A DNA stretch of 29,295 nt from a virus. Lineage: Duplodnaviria; Caudoviricetes. Below the pieces are notes generated by a model. That model was not told the DNA's origin. It worked only from the letters and a program-made list of their open reading frames with translations, and did not search any database. The position numbers and the translations under genes were made by a program. This document shows, piece by piece, positions 16,557 through 25,686 of this stretch; position 1 is the first letter of the stretch, and each line of letters begins with the position of its first letter. The DNA lies in IMG/VR virus record IMGVR_UViG_3300033562_000279, positions 1 to 29,295 of that record, one strand, 5' to 3'.

Positions 16557-17012
16557 ATGAAAAAGAAAAGAGAAATAGATAATGATCCAAAGATATATGA
16601 TTTATTTAAAAATAATCCATATCAATTTAATAAAGAAATGCAATTAATAATACACAGTACTGTACCTGAATTAAGATATGATTTCGATGATGTATGGTTT
16701 GATGTATTTATTAAACTGTATAAGAAGAAAGAAACAATAAAAGAAAAAGGTATTATTAACTATGCAATAACAGCATATTCAAGAACATACTATAACTATC
16801 AGCAAAAGAAGTTAAAACCTAAACACAATCATATATCAGTTAGTTTAGATGAAATTCAATTTCATTGTATTATTGATGCTGGTTATGATGAACGTGGAAT
16901 AGGTAATACCTACCATACTTTTGATGATATATCATTTAAACGCAAAGTACATAATTTAGCAGAACCACCATTCAACATAGATTTAATAGAATACAATCCA
17001 CTTAAAAGATAG
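16557..17012 (+). CDS. Divergent sigma-factor-like protein (ECF-type region 2, no evident region 4)
   Basis: FDDVWFDVFIKLY...IINYAITAYSRTYYNYQQK resembles ECF sigma2 (EDLVQEVFIKLW...WL..IA.N...D..RK), followed by VSLDE; last gene before the late block. Confidence 0.6.
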   Translation: MKKKREIDNDPKIYDLFKNNPYQFNKEMQLIIHSTVPELRYDFDDVWFDVFIKLYKKKETIKEKGIINYAITAYSRTYYNYQQKKLKPKHNHISVSLDEIQFHCIIDAGYDERGIGNTYHTFDDISFKRKVHNLAEPPFNIDLIEYNPLKR

Positions 17013-17023
17013 GTGGATTTTTT
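16995..17023 (+). terminator. Intrinsic terminator between the regulatory and packaging blocks
   Basis: AATCCACTTA/TAGGTGGATT stem plus T run, overlapping the sigma-like stop codon. Confidence 0.75.
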
Positions 17024-17027
17024 ATTA

Positions 17028-17043
17028 ATTGTAAACTAAAATA
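17028..17043 (+). promoter_or_regulatory. Putative phage late promoter, copy 3 (ATTGTAAACTAAAATA)
   Basis: One A shorter than consensus; right after the terminator, upstream of the terminase genes. Confidence 0.8.
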
Positions 17044-17075
17044 AAATGAAGAATAATTAAATTTTTTCAATAAAA

Positions 17076-17423
17076 ATGGCTTATAGATTCAAAAATAACA
17101 AGAAAAAACAGAAATCGTGGATTCTATCATATTATGAATGTAATTTTCATATTAGTAATGCTTGTTTAAAAGAAGGAATAAGTAGAGCAACATATTATAG
17201 TTGGTATCTGAATGATGAAGAATTTAGAAATGAATTACAAGAATTAGAAAAATTAGATTATACCATTTTAAAGAATAATTTTTATGAAGGCATTTATTCA
17301 GATGACTTATCAGTAAGAGTAAAGTACTATGCAACATTACCTGAAAGAATTAAATTAAAAATGTTTAATGAAAATGATTCTGAAAATAAAGATATTAATC
17401 TTAATGATATTCAAATAGGATGA
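17076..17423 (+). CDS. terS: Terminase small subunit (HTH type)
   Basis: ISNACLKEGISRATYYSW..NDEEF helix-turn-helix; overlaps the terL start (ATGA). Confidence 0.8.
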   Translation: MAYRFKNNKKKQKSWILSYYECNFHISNACLKEGISRATYYSWYLNDEEFRNELQELEKLDYTILKNNFYEGIYSDDLSVRVKYYATLPERIKLKMFNENDSENKDINLNDIQIG

Positions 17424-18658
17424 TAACCATAAAAGGATTGACAGATGCACAGACTAAGATAGCTTATGAAATATTGCACAGCAATGATAAATTTCATACT
17501 ATTAAAGCATCTCGTCAATCAGGAAAAACCTATCTGTTATCTCATTTAGCTTTTATGTTCGGATTGTATATCAAAGATAATATATTGGTTGTTTCTCCCA
17601 CATATAGTCAAGTAAGACTGATATATGATAATATGTTGAAGATTAAAAATTCAAAATATTTCATATCAGAAAAAAGAGAATCAGCACCATTTCATATTAA
17701 ATTAAAAACCGGTAGTACTATAACATTCAAATCTGCGGATAGACCTGATATGTTACGTGGTGGAAGTAATCAAATAGTTTTAATAGATGAGTTTGCTTTT
17801 ACAAAAGATAACCTATTAGAAGAAGTAATAAGACCTACAACAGCAGCAAAGAAAGGAAGTAAGATAATATTATCAAGTACACCGAAAGGAACTGAAAATG
17901 CTTTCTATGACTATTATAAGAATGGTGAACAAGGAATGCATAATTATAAATCATATTCATTCAGTTATAAAGATAATCCATATTATGATTTGAATGAAAT
18001 TGAAAATGCTAAATTAAGTCTTCCTAATAATATATATTTACAAGAATACGAAGCAGAGTTTATAGAAACAAATGGTGATGTATTCGGTGATTTCAGTAAG
18101 GTAATGACAATAGCACAATTCAGCAATATCATACCTATTAAATGTTATGCCGGTATAGACTTTGGAAGAGCAAATGATGATACTGTATTAACTATACTGA
18201 ATGAAAAGAGAGAAGTAATATTTATGTCTGAATTTAAAGGTGACTGGCCGGTCATTATAGATGAATTATCAATCATTCTTAATAAATATAGACCTATTAC
18301 TTATGCTGAATCTAATGGTGTTGGCGATCCTGTTATATCATTGTTATTGACTAAATATAAAAACATTATACCATTCTTTCAAACAAATGAAACAAATAAT
18401 CAATTAGTAGAAAAACTATTATTAGATATAAATAAAGAAGCAATAAGTTTACCTGATATTAATCTGTTACCTAAGCTGACAAATCAAATGAATACATTTA
18501 GTTATACATTGACTAAGACAGGTAAAATAAGCTATCATCATAAACCAAGTTACCACGACGATTATTTATTTAGTTTAATGCTTGCAAATAAATGTTTAGA
18601 TGATAATAGTAAAGGATTCAGAATAATACCAGGACAAATAAATTCATTTAGAAATTAA
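17420..18658 (+). CDS. terL: Terminase large subunit
   Basis: Walker A SRQSGKT, Walker B VLIDEFAF, SSTPKG, nuclease GIDFG..ND and HDDY motifs. Confidence 0.95.
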   Translation: MITIKGLTDAQTKIAYEILHSNDKFHTIKASRQSGKTYLLSHLAFMFGLYIKDNILVVSPTYSQVRLIYDNMLKIKNSKYFISEKRESAPFHIKLKTGSTITFKSADRPDMLRGGSNQIVLIDEFAFTKDNLLEEVIRPTTAAKKGSKIILSSTPKGTENAFYDYYKNGEQGMHNYKSYSFSYKDNPYYDLNEIENAKLSLPNNIYLQEYEAEFIETNGDVFGDFSKVMTIAQFSNIIPIKCYAGIDFGRANDDTVLTILNEKREVIFMSEFKGDWPVIIDELSIILNKYRPITYAESNGVGDPVISLLLTKYKNIIPFFQTNETNNQLVEKLLLDINKEAISLPDINLLPKLTNQMNTFSYTLTKTGKISYHHKPSYHDDYLFSLMLANKCLDDNSKGFRIIPGQINSFRN

Positions 18659-18661
18659 AAT

Positions 18662-19084
18662 ATGAAATACATAGAATTAGAAGAAATAGAATTAGGTAAA
18701 TTTAATAGTGTTATTAAAGACCTTAGTGGTGATAGTGTAAAAATACTTGATGAATATGAATTATATGCTATTGATTTAATAACATCTTATTTATATGGTA
18801 AGTATGACACTGACTATATATTTAGTTTGACAGGTACTAAACGTTCACCTATCTTAAAAAGAATTATAATTGATTTAATGATATGTCAATTGTTTGGTAG
18901 AATAAACACTACTGAAATACCTGAAAATATTTTATTAAGATGTAGTGAAGCAAAGAAATGGTTAGTTGATGTTTCAAAAGGTATTGCATCTGTTAATCTA
19001 CCTAAGTTAGATCCAATATATCAAGCAAATACTAACTTCAAATATGGTAGTGAACCAAGATTTAATAATATAGATTCAATTTAA
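18662..19084 (+). CDS. Head-tail adaptor (Mu gp36 / DUF1320-like)
   Basis: A...I.SYL.GKYD...IF, R..EA..WL.DVSKG....LP. Confidence 0.85.
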   Translation: MKYIELEEIELGKFNSVIKDLSGDSVKILDEYELYAIDLITSYLYGKYDTDYIFSLTGTKRSPILKRIIIDLMICQLFGRINTTEIPENILLRCSEAKKWLVDVSKGIASVNLPKLDPIYQANTNFKYGSEPRFNNIDSI

Positions 19085-19097
19085 TAACAATATAACA

Positions 19098-20240
19098 ATG
19101 GCAAAAAAGAAAGATACTATTGCATCAAAGGTAAAACAATTACCATTATATACATCTAAAATAACTTTACAGAAGTATAAACACGCTGTTGATGCAGCAG
19201 AAGATATAGACTATCCTAATAGATATGATTTACTTCAAATATATAATGATGTTGTTAAAGATCCACATTTAGCAAGTGTTTTAAAACATAGAAAAACAAG
19301 AATAAAAGGATTGCAATTTAACTTATATAAGGAATCAGGAAAGACTGCTAAGAATACACTTAAATTATTTTCGACAGAAGAATTTAAAAAGTTTTTAGAC
19401 TATGCTATTGATTCAATATTCTATGGTAATAGTTTAATTGAAATATTTCCAAATTCAGACGGAACATTTGACTATGTATTAATACCACGTAATAATGTTG
19501 TACCTGAAAAAGAAGGAATAAAAATATATCCTATTAATCCATCACCAAATATTTATTATTCAGATACTAAGTATTCTAATACATTGGTTGATATAAATAA
19601 TAATAATAATAATAGAGATTTAGGTGAGTTACTTGATATATCTAAGTTAGTATTATTTAAAAATGAATTACTTCTTAACTGGTCACAATACATTGAATTA
19701 TTTGGTCAACCTTGGAGAGTTGCTACAACTAATACAACTGATCCACTTGAAGTAAATGCTATATTAGATAGTTTAAAGAATGTTGGTAGAAGCGGTTACT
19801 TTATTAAAGATAGTCAGACACAATTAGAATTAATTGGTAATTCATCTAACCCGCAATCATTATTCAATAGCTTTGCTGATTATATAGACAGTCAAGTATC
19901 TAAAAGAATATTAGGTGCAAGTATGATTACTGATGATGGTAGTTCTATGTCACAATCAAAAGTACATTTATCAAGTTCTTACATATATACAAAGGCAGAT
20001 ATATTGTTTTTAGAAGATGTTATTAACTATCAATTAATCCCACAATTAACTGAATTAGGTTATATAAATGAATCAGTAACATTTGCATTCACTGAACCTG
20101 AAATATTATCAATTGATGAAAAATTGAAAGTTGATCAATTCTTATTAGATAACTTTAATCTATCTGATGTTTCCTATTTCGAAGATCGATATGGTACAAG
20201 TCTTAGTTATAAAACTGAACCAACTAATAATATACAATAA
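19098..20240 (+). CDS. Portal protein (Mu gp29 / DUF935-like)
   Basis: DPHLASV...RK, FYGNSLIE, W..YIELFGQPWR, SKRILG..M..DDGSS.SQ..VH, IN.QLIP.L. Confidence 0.9.
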   Translation: MAKKKDTIASKVKQLPLYTSKITLQKYKHAVDAAEDIDYPNRYDLLQIYNDVVKDPHLASVLKHRKTRIKGLQFNLYKESGKTAKNTLKLFSTEEFKKFLDYAIDSIFYGNSLIEIFPNSDGTFDYVLIPRNNVVPEKEGIKIYPINPSPNIYYSDTKYSNTLVDINNNNNNRDLGELLDISKLVLFKNELLLNWSQYIELFGQPWRVATTNTTDPLEVNAILDSLKNVGRSGYFIKDSQTQLELIGNSSNPQSLFNSFADYIDSQVSKRILGASMITDDGSSMSQSKVHLSSSYIYTKADILFLEDVINYQLIPQLTELGYINESVTFAFTEPEILSIDEKLKVDQFLLDNFNLSDVSYFEDRYGTSLSYKTEPTNNIQ

Positions 20241-20656
20241 TGATTATATTACAAACCAAAGGATTTGAAGAAATTCAGAATAAATATAAAGACTTGTTTA
20301 TTAAGATAATAAATAAAGCTGCTGAATTAACTAAGGAAGAAATAAAGAATAATATAAAACCATTTTCAGAATCAGGTGATTTATTACAATCTATAAAAGT
20401 AGATACATTTCAAAAGAAAATAAATGTTTATTCGGATATGCCTTATGCACGTATTCAAAACTTAGGTGGTAAGATGAAAGTAACTGAAAAACAAAGAAAG
20501 AAATTCTGGGCATTATTCTATGCTACATCAAATAGAAAATATAAAGCAATGGCATTATCAAAAACAATTGAGATACCAGCAAAACATTATACTGATGTAG
20601 ATTATCAAAGAATGGAAGCAAAATTAAATTTATTCATTAAAAGACTATTGAAATAA
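20240..20656 (+). CDS. Virion morphogenesis protein (Mu gpG / P2 gpS-like)
   Basis: SGDLLQSI, PYARIQNLGG, KKFWA.FY, IEIPAKHY. Confidence 0.8.
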   Translation: MIILQTKGFEEIQNKYKDLFIKIINKAAELTKEEIKNNIKPFSESGDLLQSIKVDTFQKKINVYSDMPYARIQNLGGKMKVTEKQRKKFWALFYATSNRKYKAMALSKTIEIPAKHYTDVDYQRMEAKLNLFIKRLLK

Positions 20657-21231
20657 TGATAAAACAAAATAATTTATTATCTTATATATATAAGACATTT
20701 GAAACTACTATATTAAATAAAATACCTGACATTAAAAGTGTTGATTTATATTTTAATCAATTTAATCAGGGTAATATAGATGGTAAAGCTACTCCAAGAG
20801 TTTTAATAGAGATACAGAATATAAATATGGAACAAAGATTTTCATATTTACAAGAAGCAGAAATGACTATTGTTCTACACGTTGGTATAGATATATTTAA
20901 TACATTTTATTCAGGTGGTGAATTGCAACAAACTAATTTAGATTATCTGGATTTATTAGATAGTATTAATACTCAATTGACAGGATTATCAAGTTTTGAT
21001 TTAGATACTGAAATTCAGAATAACAATTTTCTGATACATAATGTAGAATTAACAAACATTGAATTAGCAACTAATGCTGATGCTATCAAAGTATCTAAGT
21101 TTTATTTCAAATTCATTTTAGAAAATAGACAGAATGTTAAAACTATAAAGAGAAATGAAATACTTTCAATTAATAATTTTATGACAATTGGTAATGAAAG
21201 CGGATCATATTATGTTAGTGGGTCAATTTAA
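20656..21231 (+). CDS. Tail terminator / neck protein (Mu gp37-like)
   Basis: IPDIKSVDLYFNQF, PRVLIE, I.LHVG, LDLLDSI..QL.G. Confidence 0.65.
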   Translation: MIKQNNLLSYIYKTFETTILNKIPDIKSVDLYFNQFNQGNIDGKATPRVLIEIQNINMEQRFSYLQEAEMTIVLHVGIDIFNTFYSGGELQQTNLDYLDLLDSINTQLTGLSSFDLDTEIQNNNFLIHNVELTNIELATNADAIKVSKFYFKFILENRQNVKTIKRNEILSINNFMTIGNESGSYYVSGSI

Positions 21232-21233
21232 AA

Positions 21234-21250
21234 ATTGTAAACTAAAAATA
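21234..21250 (+). promoter_or_regulatory. Putative phage late promoter, copy 4
   Basis: Exact ATTGTAAACTAAAAATA upstream of the holin-like/fibre block. Confidence 0.8.
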
Positions 21251-21272
21251 TAACACAAAATAATTTATACCT

Positions 21273-21638
21273 ATGCTGATACTTGGACAAACTGTTACAC
21301 CGGAAGTTTCTATGCCTTTTTTAGACGTTCTTACCAATTACGGTATATTAGGAATGTTCGCAGGATTAATGATATTTATTATAAGATATTTAAGTAAAAA
21401 ATATGAATCACAGAATGATAAATTGATTGATACATATACTAAGCAACACGATGCAATTAAAAATGAAAAAGATAATTTGAATATGAAATTTATTGCACAC
21501 TTAGAAAGTACTGAAAAACAATTACTTGAAATCATATCAGATAATACAATAGCATTTAAGTTATTAGTTGAATCTAATAATACTATTAGCACATCTATAA
21601 ATAATTTAACTAACGCAATACATACTAAACATAATTAA
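21273..21638 (+). CDS. Holin-like membrane protein (BhlA/UviB-like architecture)
   Basis: One TM helix (YGILGMFAGLMIFIIRYL) followed by a charged coiled coil. Confidence 0.55.
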   Translation: MLILGQTVTPEVSMPFLDVLTNYGILGMFAGLMIFIIRYLSKKYESQNDKLIDTYTKQHDAIKNEKDNLNMKFIAHLESTEKQLLEIISDNTIAFKLLVESNNTISTSINNLTNAIHTKHN

Positions 21639-21639
21639 T

Positions 21640-21942
21640 ATGTCAAGAAAAGATTATTTAAGTGATAGTTTAACTGATGATATTACTATTGTTAGTGGTG
21701 ATTTTCAACAAGGAGATGCAACTGATTTTCATAGTAAGATAATTGCATATTCAGATAAAGGAGAAATTAGACAATATCCATTATTAGGTGCCGCATTAAA
21801 TAAATATATTGGTAGTTCAATTGATGAAAATTTAATTCATAATATATTACTTAATGAATTATCTGATGACGGTTTTTATTTAGATTATTCGGAAATAAGT
21901 ATATCCGGTAAATCTATAACATTAAATATGAATGTCATATAA
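21640..21942 (+). CDS. Baseplate wedge / sheath initiator (gp25 / P2 gpW-like)
   Basis: GDFQQGD, KGEIRQYPLLGAAL..YI, ELSDDG; 100 aa. Confidence 0.7.
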   Translation: MSRKDYLSDSLTDDITIVSGDFQQGDATDFHSKIIAYSDKGEIRQYPLLGAALNKYIGSSIDENLIHNILLNELSDDGFYLDYSEISISGKSITLNMNVI

Positions 21943-21956
21943 TTAAAAAACAAAAT

Positions 21957-23936
21957 ATGTCTGTATTAACAATAGCGGAATTAAAATCACAAATAAATTC
22001 AGTAATTAAATCTAACCATAATAAGGAAATAACCGGTCCTATTATGAATACTCAACTGAATGATGTAATTGATAATATTGACCGACTTAAAAATAGAATT
22101 TATAAACAAGCTACTTATCCATCAAGTTCAGATTTAAGAACTAATGATATATTATTCAAAACTGATACAGAAACACTTGAAGTATATAATGGTTTAACTT
22201 GGGATATTATTCCACTTGGTGGAGATACAACTAATTTAGTTCCTTATACTGGTGCTAATCAGAATGTAGATTTAGGTAATAATGATTTAACAGTATCAGG
22301 CAGTATTATATTACCTAATCTTTTAGGTGCTAACATACTTGGAACTGATTCACTTGGTAATGTTATATCTAATGGATTAATAAGTTATTTTGATGCTACG
22401 GTCGGTGATGTTACAACTTATGCTTCTTATGTTGCAGGAACTACTTATGCAATAGGAGATAATGTAAAGGATGGAAGTATTGGGTATGTAAGTTTACAGA
22501 GTGGAAATTTAGGAAATACACCTGCGAGTAGTCCATTGTTTTGGAAAGTAGTTAATCCGCAGTTTGATAAAATTCAGAAGGCATTAGCAGCAGGAAAGTA
22601 TAATTTAAAAATAGTTGCAGATACAATTGAAACAGTTAATTGGGGAGTACATTCAACACCAATAGTTATATTTGGAGATAAGTTAAGAACTATTAATTTA
22701 TCAGTTGCTTCAACGTCAGTATTAACAATATCAGCGACAAATATCAATTTTTCATTAACCGGAACAAATACTATATTTGCAGGTGGTACATTCTATTTAT
22801 CAAATTGCACCATTACGGGTGATAATAACCACAACGTATTTAGCAGTTTTGCAAATTTATTTGCAGATTATTTAATTATTAATGCGGGGAATAACGGTAT
22901 TCAAATTCATATTAGATATGCAAATAGACTGGATATAAGTACTTCTAATAACGGATTAAACTCGCAATCCAATATTATAATTATAGGAAATATTGGTTAT
23001 TTGAGTGTTGGTGGAATAGTCACAAATTCAACAACCAATTATCTAATATTAATAGGCAGCGGCGGCAATATTAATTACGTATCAGGTGGAAATGTTGCTA
23101 CGATACGAATTGACGGTTATTCCCAAATTAACTCAGGCATAGCAATACCGAGATTATTGTTCCAAAATAATGTAACTAATCAAATAGTTAGAAATTGTAC
23201 GATAGCAACAGTTATACAATATGCTATCAATGGGAGTCCTATCGTTTTAGATGAAATGTCAAACTGTATTATAACATCTCTAATTAATTTAGCAGGTACA
23301 GCTGAAATGTCTAATTTTAAAGTATTTAAAAACAATACTTTAACTAATGCAATCACGGTTGTAGGTAATGCAAATATAGACGAATCTACATTTAATGGAG
23401 TGTTTACAGTTACAGGTAATGCGACCATTATAAAATCTAAGATGTTATCTACAACAACTTTAAATGCAGACAATATAACATTTGAAAATAATACTTGCAC
23501 AGGTTTAGTTACATTACAAGCAGGCTCAGATAATTGTATTATTAACGATAACACATTTAATGGTGGTTATTCTTATACACTTGGAGTTGTAACTAATGAA
23601 TATAACAATAATAAAGGTACTGTAATTGCAAATCAAACTAATCAACCACAGATATTTAATGATACAGTTACAATAGCTGATTTCAATCCCGCAACACCTG
23701 CAATGGTTGAAAGTTCTTCAACAGGATTATTATCTGCGACAAAAGAATTAGTCTCCCAATTTATATCTAATGCTACTATAATTGCATTACTTGTAGACCC
23801 TACACATTGGACAGGTGTTAATTACACATTCGCTACACCAATTACATTAACATTTCAAGGTCAAATGCACAGCGATGCATCATACTTATTTTTGGCAGTT
23901 GCAGACAATAGTTGGATAAGAATAGCAAGAGCATAG
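21957..23936 (+). CDS. Tail fibre/spike with carbohydrate-binding-like module and beta-helix
   Basis: IKSN.NKEITG anchor, VPYTGA..NVDLG, CBM5/12-like Y.AGTTY.IGD.V....Y.SL...N.G..P..SP..W, Asn/Ile/Cys-rich beta-helix repeats. Confidence 0.7.
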   Translation: MSVLTIAELKSQINSVIKSNHNKEITGPIMNTQLNDVIDNIDRLKNRIYKQATYPSSSDLRTNDILFKTDTETLEVYNGLTWDIIPLGGDTTNLVPYTGANQNVDLGNNDLTVSGSIILPNLLGANILGTDSLGNVISNGLISYFDATVGDVTTYASYVAGTTYAIGDNVKDGSIGYVSLQSGNLGNTPASSPLFWKVVNPQFDKIQKALAAGKYNLKIVADTIETVNWGVHSTPIVIFGDKLRTINLSVASTSVLTISATNINFSLTGTNTIFAGGTFYLSNCTITGDNNHNVFSSFANLFADYLIINAGNNGIQIHIRYANRLDISTSNNGLNSQSNIIIIGNIGYLSVGGIVTNSTTNYLILIGSGGNINYVSGGNVATIRIDGYSQINSGIAIPRLLFQNNVTNQIVRNCTIATVIQYAINGSPIVLDEMSNCIITSLINLAGTAEMSNFKVFKNNTLTNAITVVGNANIDESTFNGVFTVTGNATIIKSKMLSTTTLNADNITFENNTCTGLVTLQAGSDNCIINDNTFNGGYSYTLGVVTNEYNNNKGTVIANQTNQPQIFNDTVTIADFNPATPAMVESSSTGLLSATKELVSQFISNATIIALLVDPTHWTGVNYTFATPITLTFQGQMHSDASYLFLAVADNSWIRIARA

Positions 23937-23937
23937 T

Positions 23938-25032
23938 ATGAAAGATTATATTTTAAATAGTAACGGGAAGATACTTGTTAATTCTGATAGAATTTTGAAA
24001 CAAGATGGTGAAACATTAGCATTTCAAATTAATGGAAGTACTTCATTTGACCCATCTATTACTTCAAGTGAAGTAGGTATTTGGGATTTTGGAGATGGGA
24101 CTACTTATAATGGAAATACTCCTCCTGCAAAGGTATATCCTAATACAAATGTCTATAATGTTAGTTTTAGATTTAGGAATTTAAGTAAGGTTATTGCAAT
24201 TAAATGTGATACAGATGACATTGTAGGTATTTTAGATGTTTCTAAATTAACAAAATGTACATCATTTGAGTTTCCTGTAAATGCTAATTTAACGAAGATA
24301 GTATTTCCATATTCAACAGCAGTTGTTTCAAATATTAGAGTATATAGTTGTAAAATAACAGGAATACTTGATTTAAGTAAATTAGTAAATTTATCTGGAC
24401 AGGTTCATTTTTATTCAAACAGTCTTTTAACCTCTGTAATAAATCCTATTAGTTCACAAATAATTAGTCAATATTATGCCTTCTCTTGTAATTTAACAGG
24501 AATATTAGATTTAAGTGGATTAACAGGTTTAAGTGGTAATTTTCAAGCATACTCAAATCCAAATTTAACTCAGATTATAAATCCTATAAATAACAATACG
24601 TTTACACTCTATCAAGTAAATACGTGTGGTCTTATTGGTACTCTTGATATTTCAGGATTAAGTGGATTAGGTGGAAGTTTTTATGCACAAAGTAATACAA
24701 ATTTAACTTTAATTTTAAATCCAAGTACAAATAATACATTTATTACCTATTACGCATATCTGTGTAATCTTGATTATGTTGATTTTATCGTTATGCCAAA
24801 TATGACAAATGTTAATAATTCTCATATAAGATTAGAAAATAATAATATGTCAGCAGCAGATGTTAATCACATACTTGTAGATTTAAATAATATTTCTATT
24901 GCTGGTTATACAGGAAGAATTATAAACATAGGCGGAACAAATGCAGACCCAGATTCAACAAGTGGTGGATATGATGGAGTAGTAGCAAGAAATAGTCTAA
25001 TCTCAAAAGGATTTACAGTAACAATAACTTAA
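23938..25032 (+). CDS. PKD-like plus leucine-rich-repeat protein (putative adhesin)
   Basis: WDFGDG motif; four G.LD.S.L repeats starting 24226, 24361, 24499, 24637 (45-46 aa period). Confidence 0.75.
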   Translation: MKDYILNSNGKILVNSDRILKQDGETLAFQINGSTSFDPSITSSEVGIWDFGDGTTYNGNTPPAKVYPNTNVYNVSFRFRNLSKVIAIKCDTDDIVGILDVSKLTKCTSFEFPVNANLTKIVFPYSTAVVSNIRVYSCKITGILDLSKLVNLSGQVHFYSNSLLTSVINPISSQIISQYYAFSCNLTGILDLSGLTGLSGNFQAYSNPNLTQIINPINNNTFTLYQVNTCGLIGTLDISGLSGLGGSFYAQSNTNLTLILNPSTNNTFITYYAYLCNLDYVDFIVMPNMTNVNNSHIRLENNNMSAADVNHILVDLNNISIAGYTGRIINIGGTNADPDSTSGGYDGVVARNSLISKGFTVTIT

Positions 25033-25049
25033 AAATAAAATTATAAATT

Positions 25050-25559
25050 ATGATACAATTAAACAATTATTCAAACGGTTCAATTATCTTAGTAGATAAG
25101 ATGAAGGAATCAGGAGTTTATTACAGACTCTACGATAATCCTTATTTTAAAGACTTAGGATTAAACGCACAAAATAAAAGAGTTGATTATGTTTCAAATA
25201 CATATCAATCTTCATTAGTTAATCCAACATTAGAAGAGTTCATTAATGATGGATGTATTGCTAATATTCTTTCAGTTGAAACAGGATTTGAAGTAAGTAC
25301 AGATAGTCAATGTTGGTTGATGGATATTAAACCTATCCGAATTGTTGCTAATGAAAAAATATTAGAACATATTTTAATAGCAGATGATTTAGGACAATTA
25401 TTCTTAGGTTTAAGAGTGGATTTTGTCGAACAAACTTATGTCATTGACGGAATCACATTTATTTATGTTAGCAGTATCGATCCACAATATTTACCGATAT
25501 TAGAAGCATATCCTGATACAATCACAATAGAAAATAAGATTGTCGAAGAAGTAATTTAA
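25050..25559 (+). CDS. Hypothetical protein (fibre-associated?)
   Basis: 169 aa, co-oriented within the fibre cluster. Confidence 0.7.
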   Translation: MIQLNNYSNGSIILVDKMKESGVYYRLYDNPYFKDLGLNAQNKRVDYVSNTYQSSLVNPTLEEFINDGCIANILSVETGFEVSTDSQCWLMDIKPIRIVANEKILEHILIADDLGQLFLGLRVDFVEQTYVIDGITFIYVSSIDPQYLPILEAYPDTITIENKIVEEVI

Positions 25560-25561
25560 TA

Positions 25562-25684
25562 ATGAATATATTCACTGTTATAATTATAATTTGTTCAGTT
25601 ATCATAATTGATTACTTAATAAAAACTATATTCTATGCTGATGATATAGATTCAGATTCAATTAATTTTAAAAACGAAGAATAA
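25562..25684 (+). CDS. Small membrane protein (40 aa), not in the ORF track
   Basis: MNIFTVIIIICSVIIIDYLIKTIFYADDIDSDSINFKNEE fills the gap with 2-nt spacers on both sides. Confidence 0.65.
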   Translation: MNIFTVIIIICSVIIIDYLIKTIFYADDIDSDSINFKNEE

Positions 25685-25686
25685 AA

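Noticed and set aside
19596-19613. AAT trinucleotide run in the portal gene
   Set aside because: Encodes a short in-frame Asn tract, expected in AT-rich DNA
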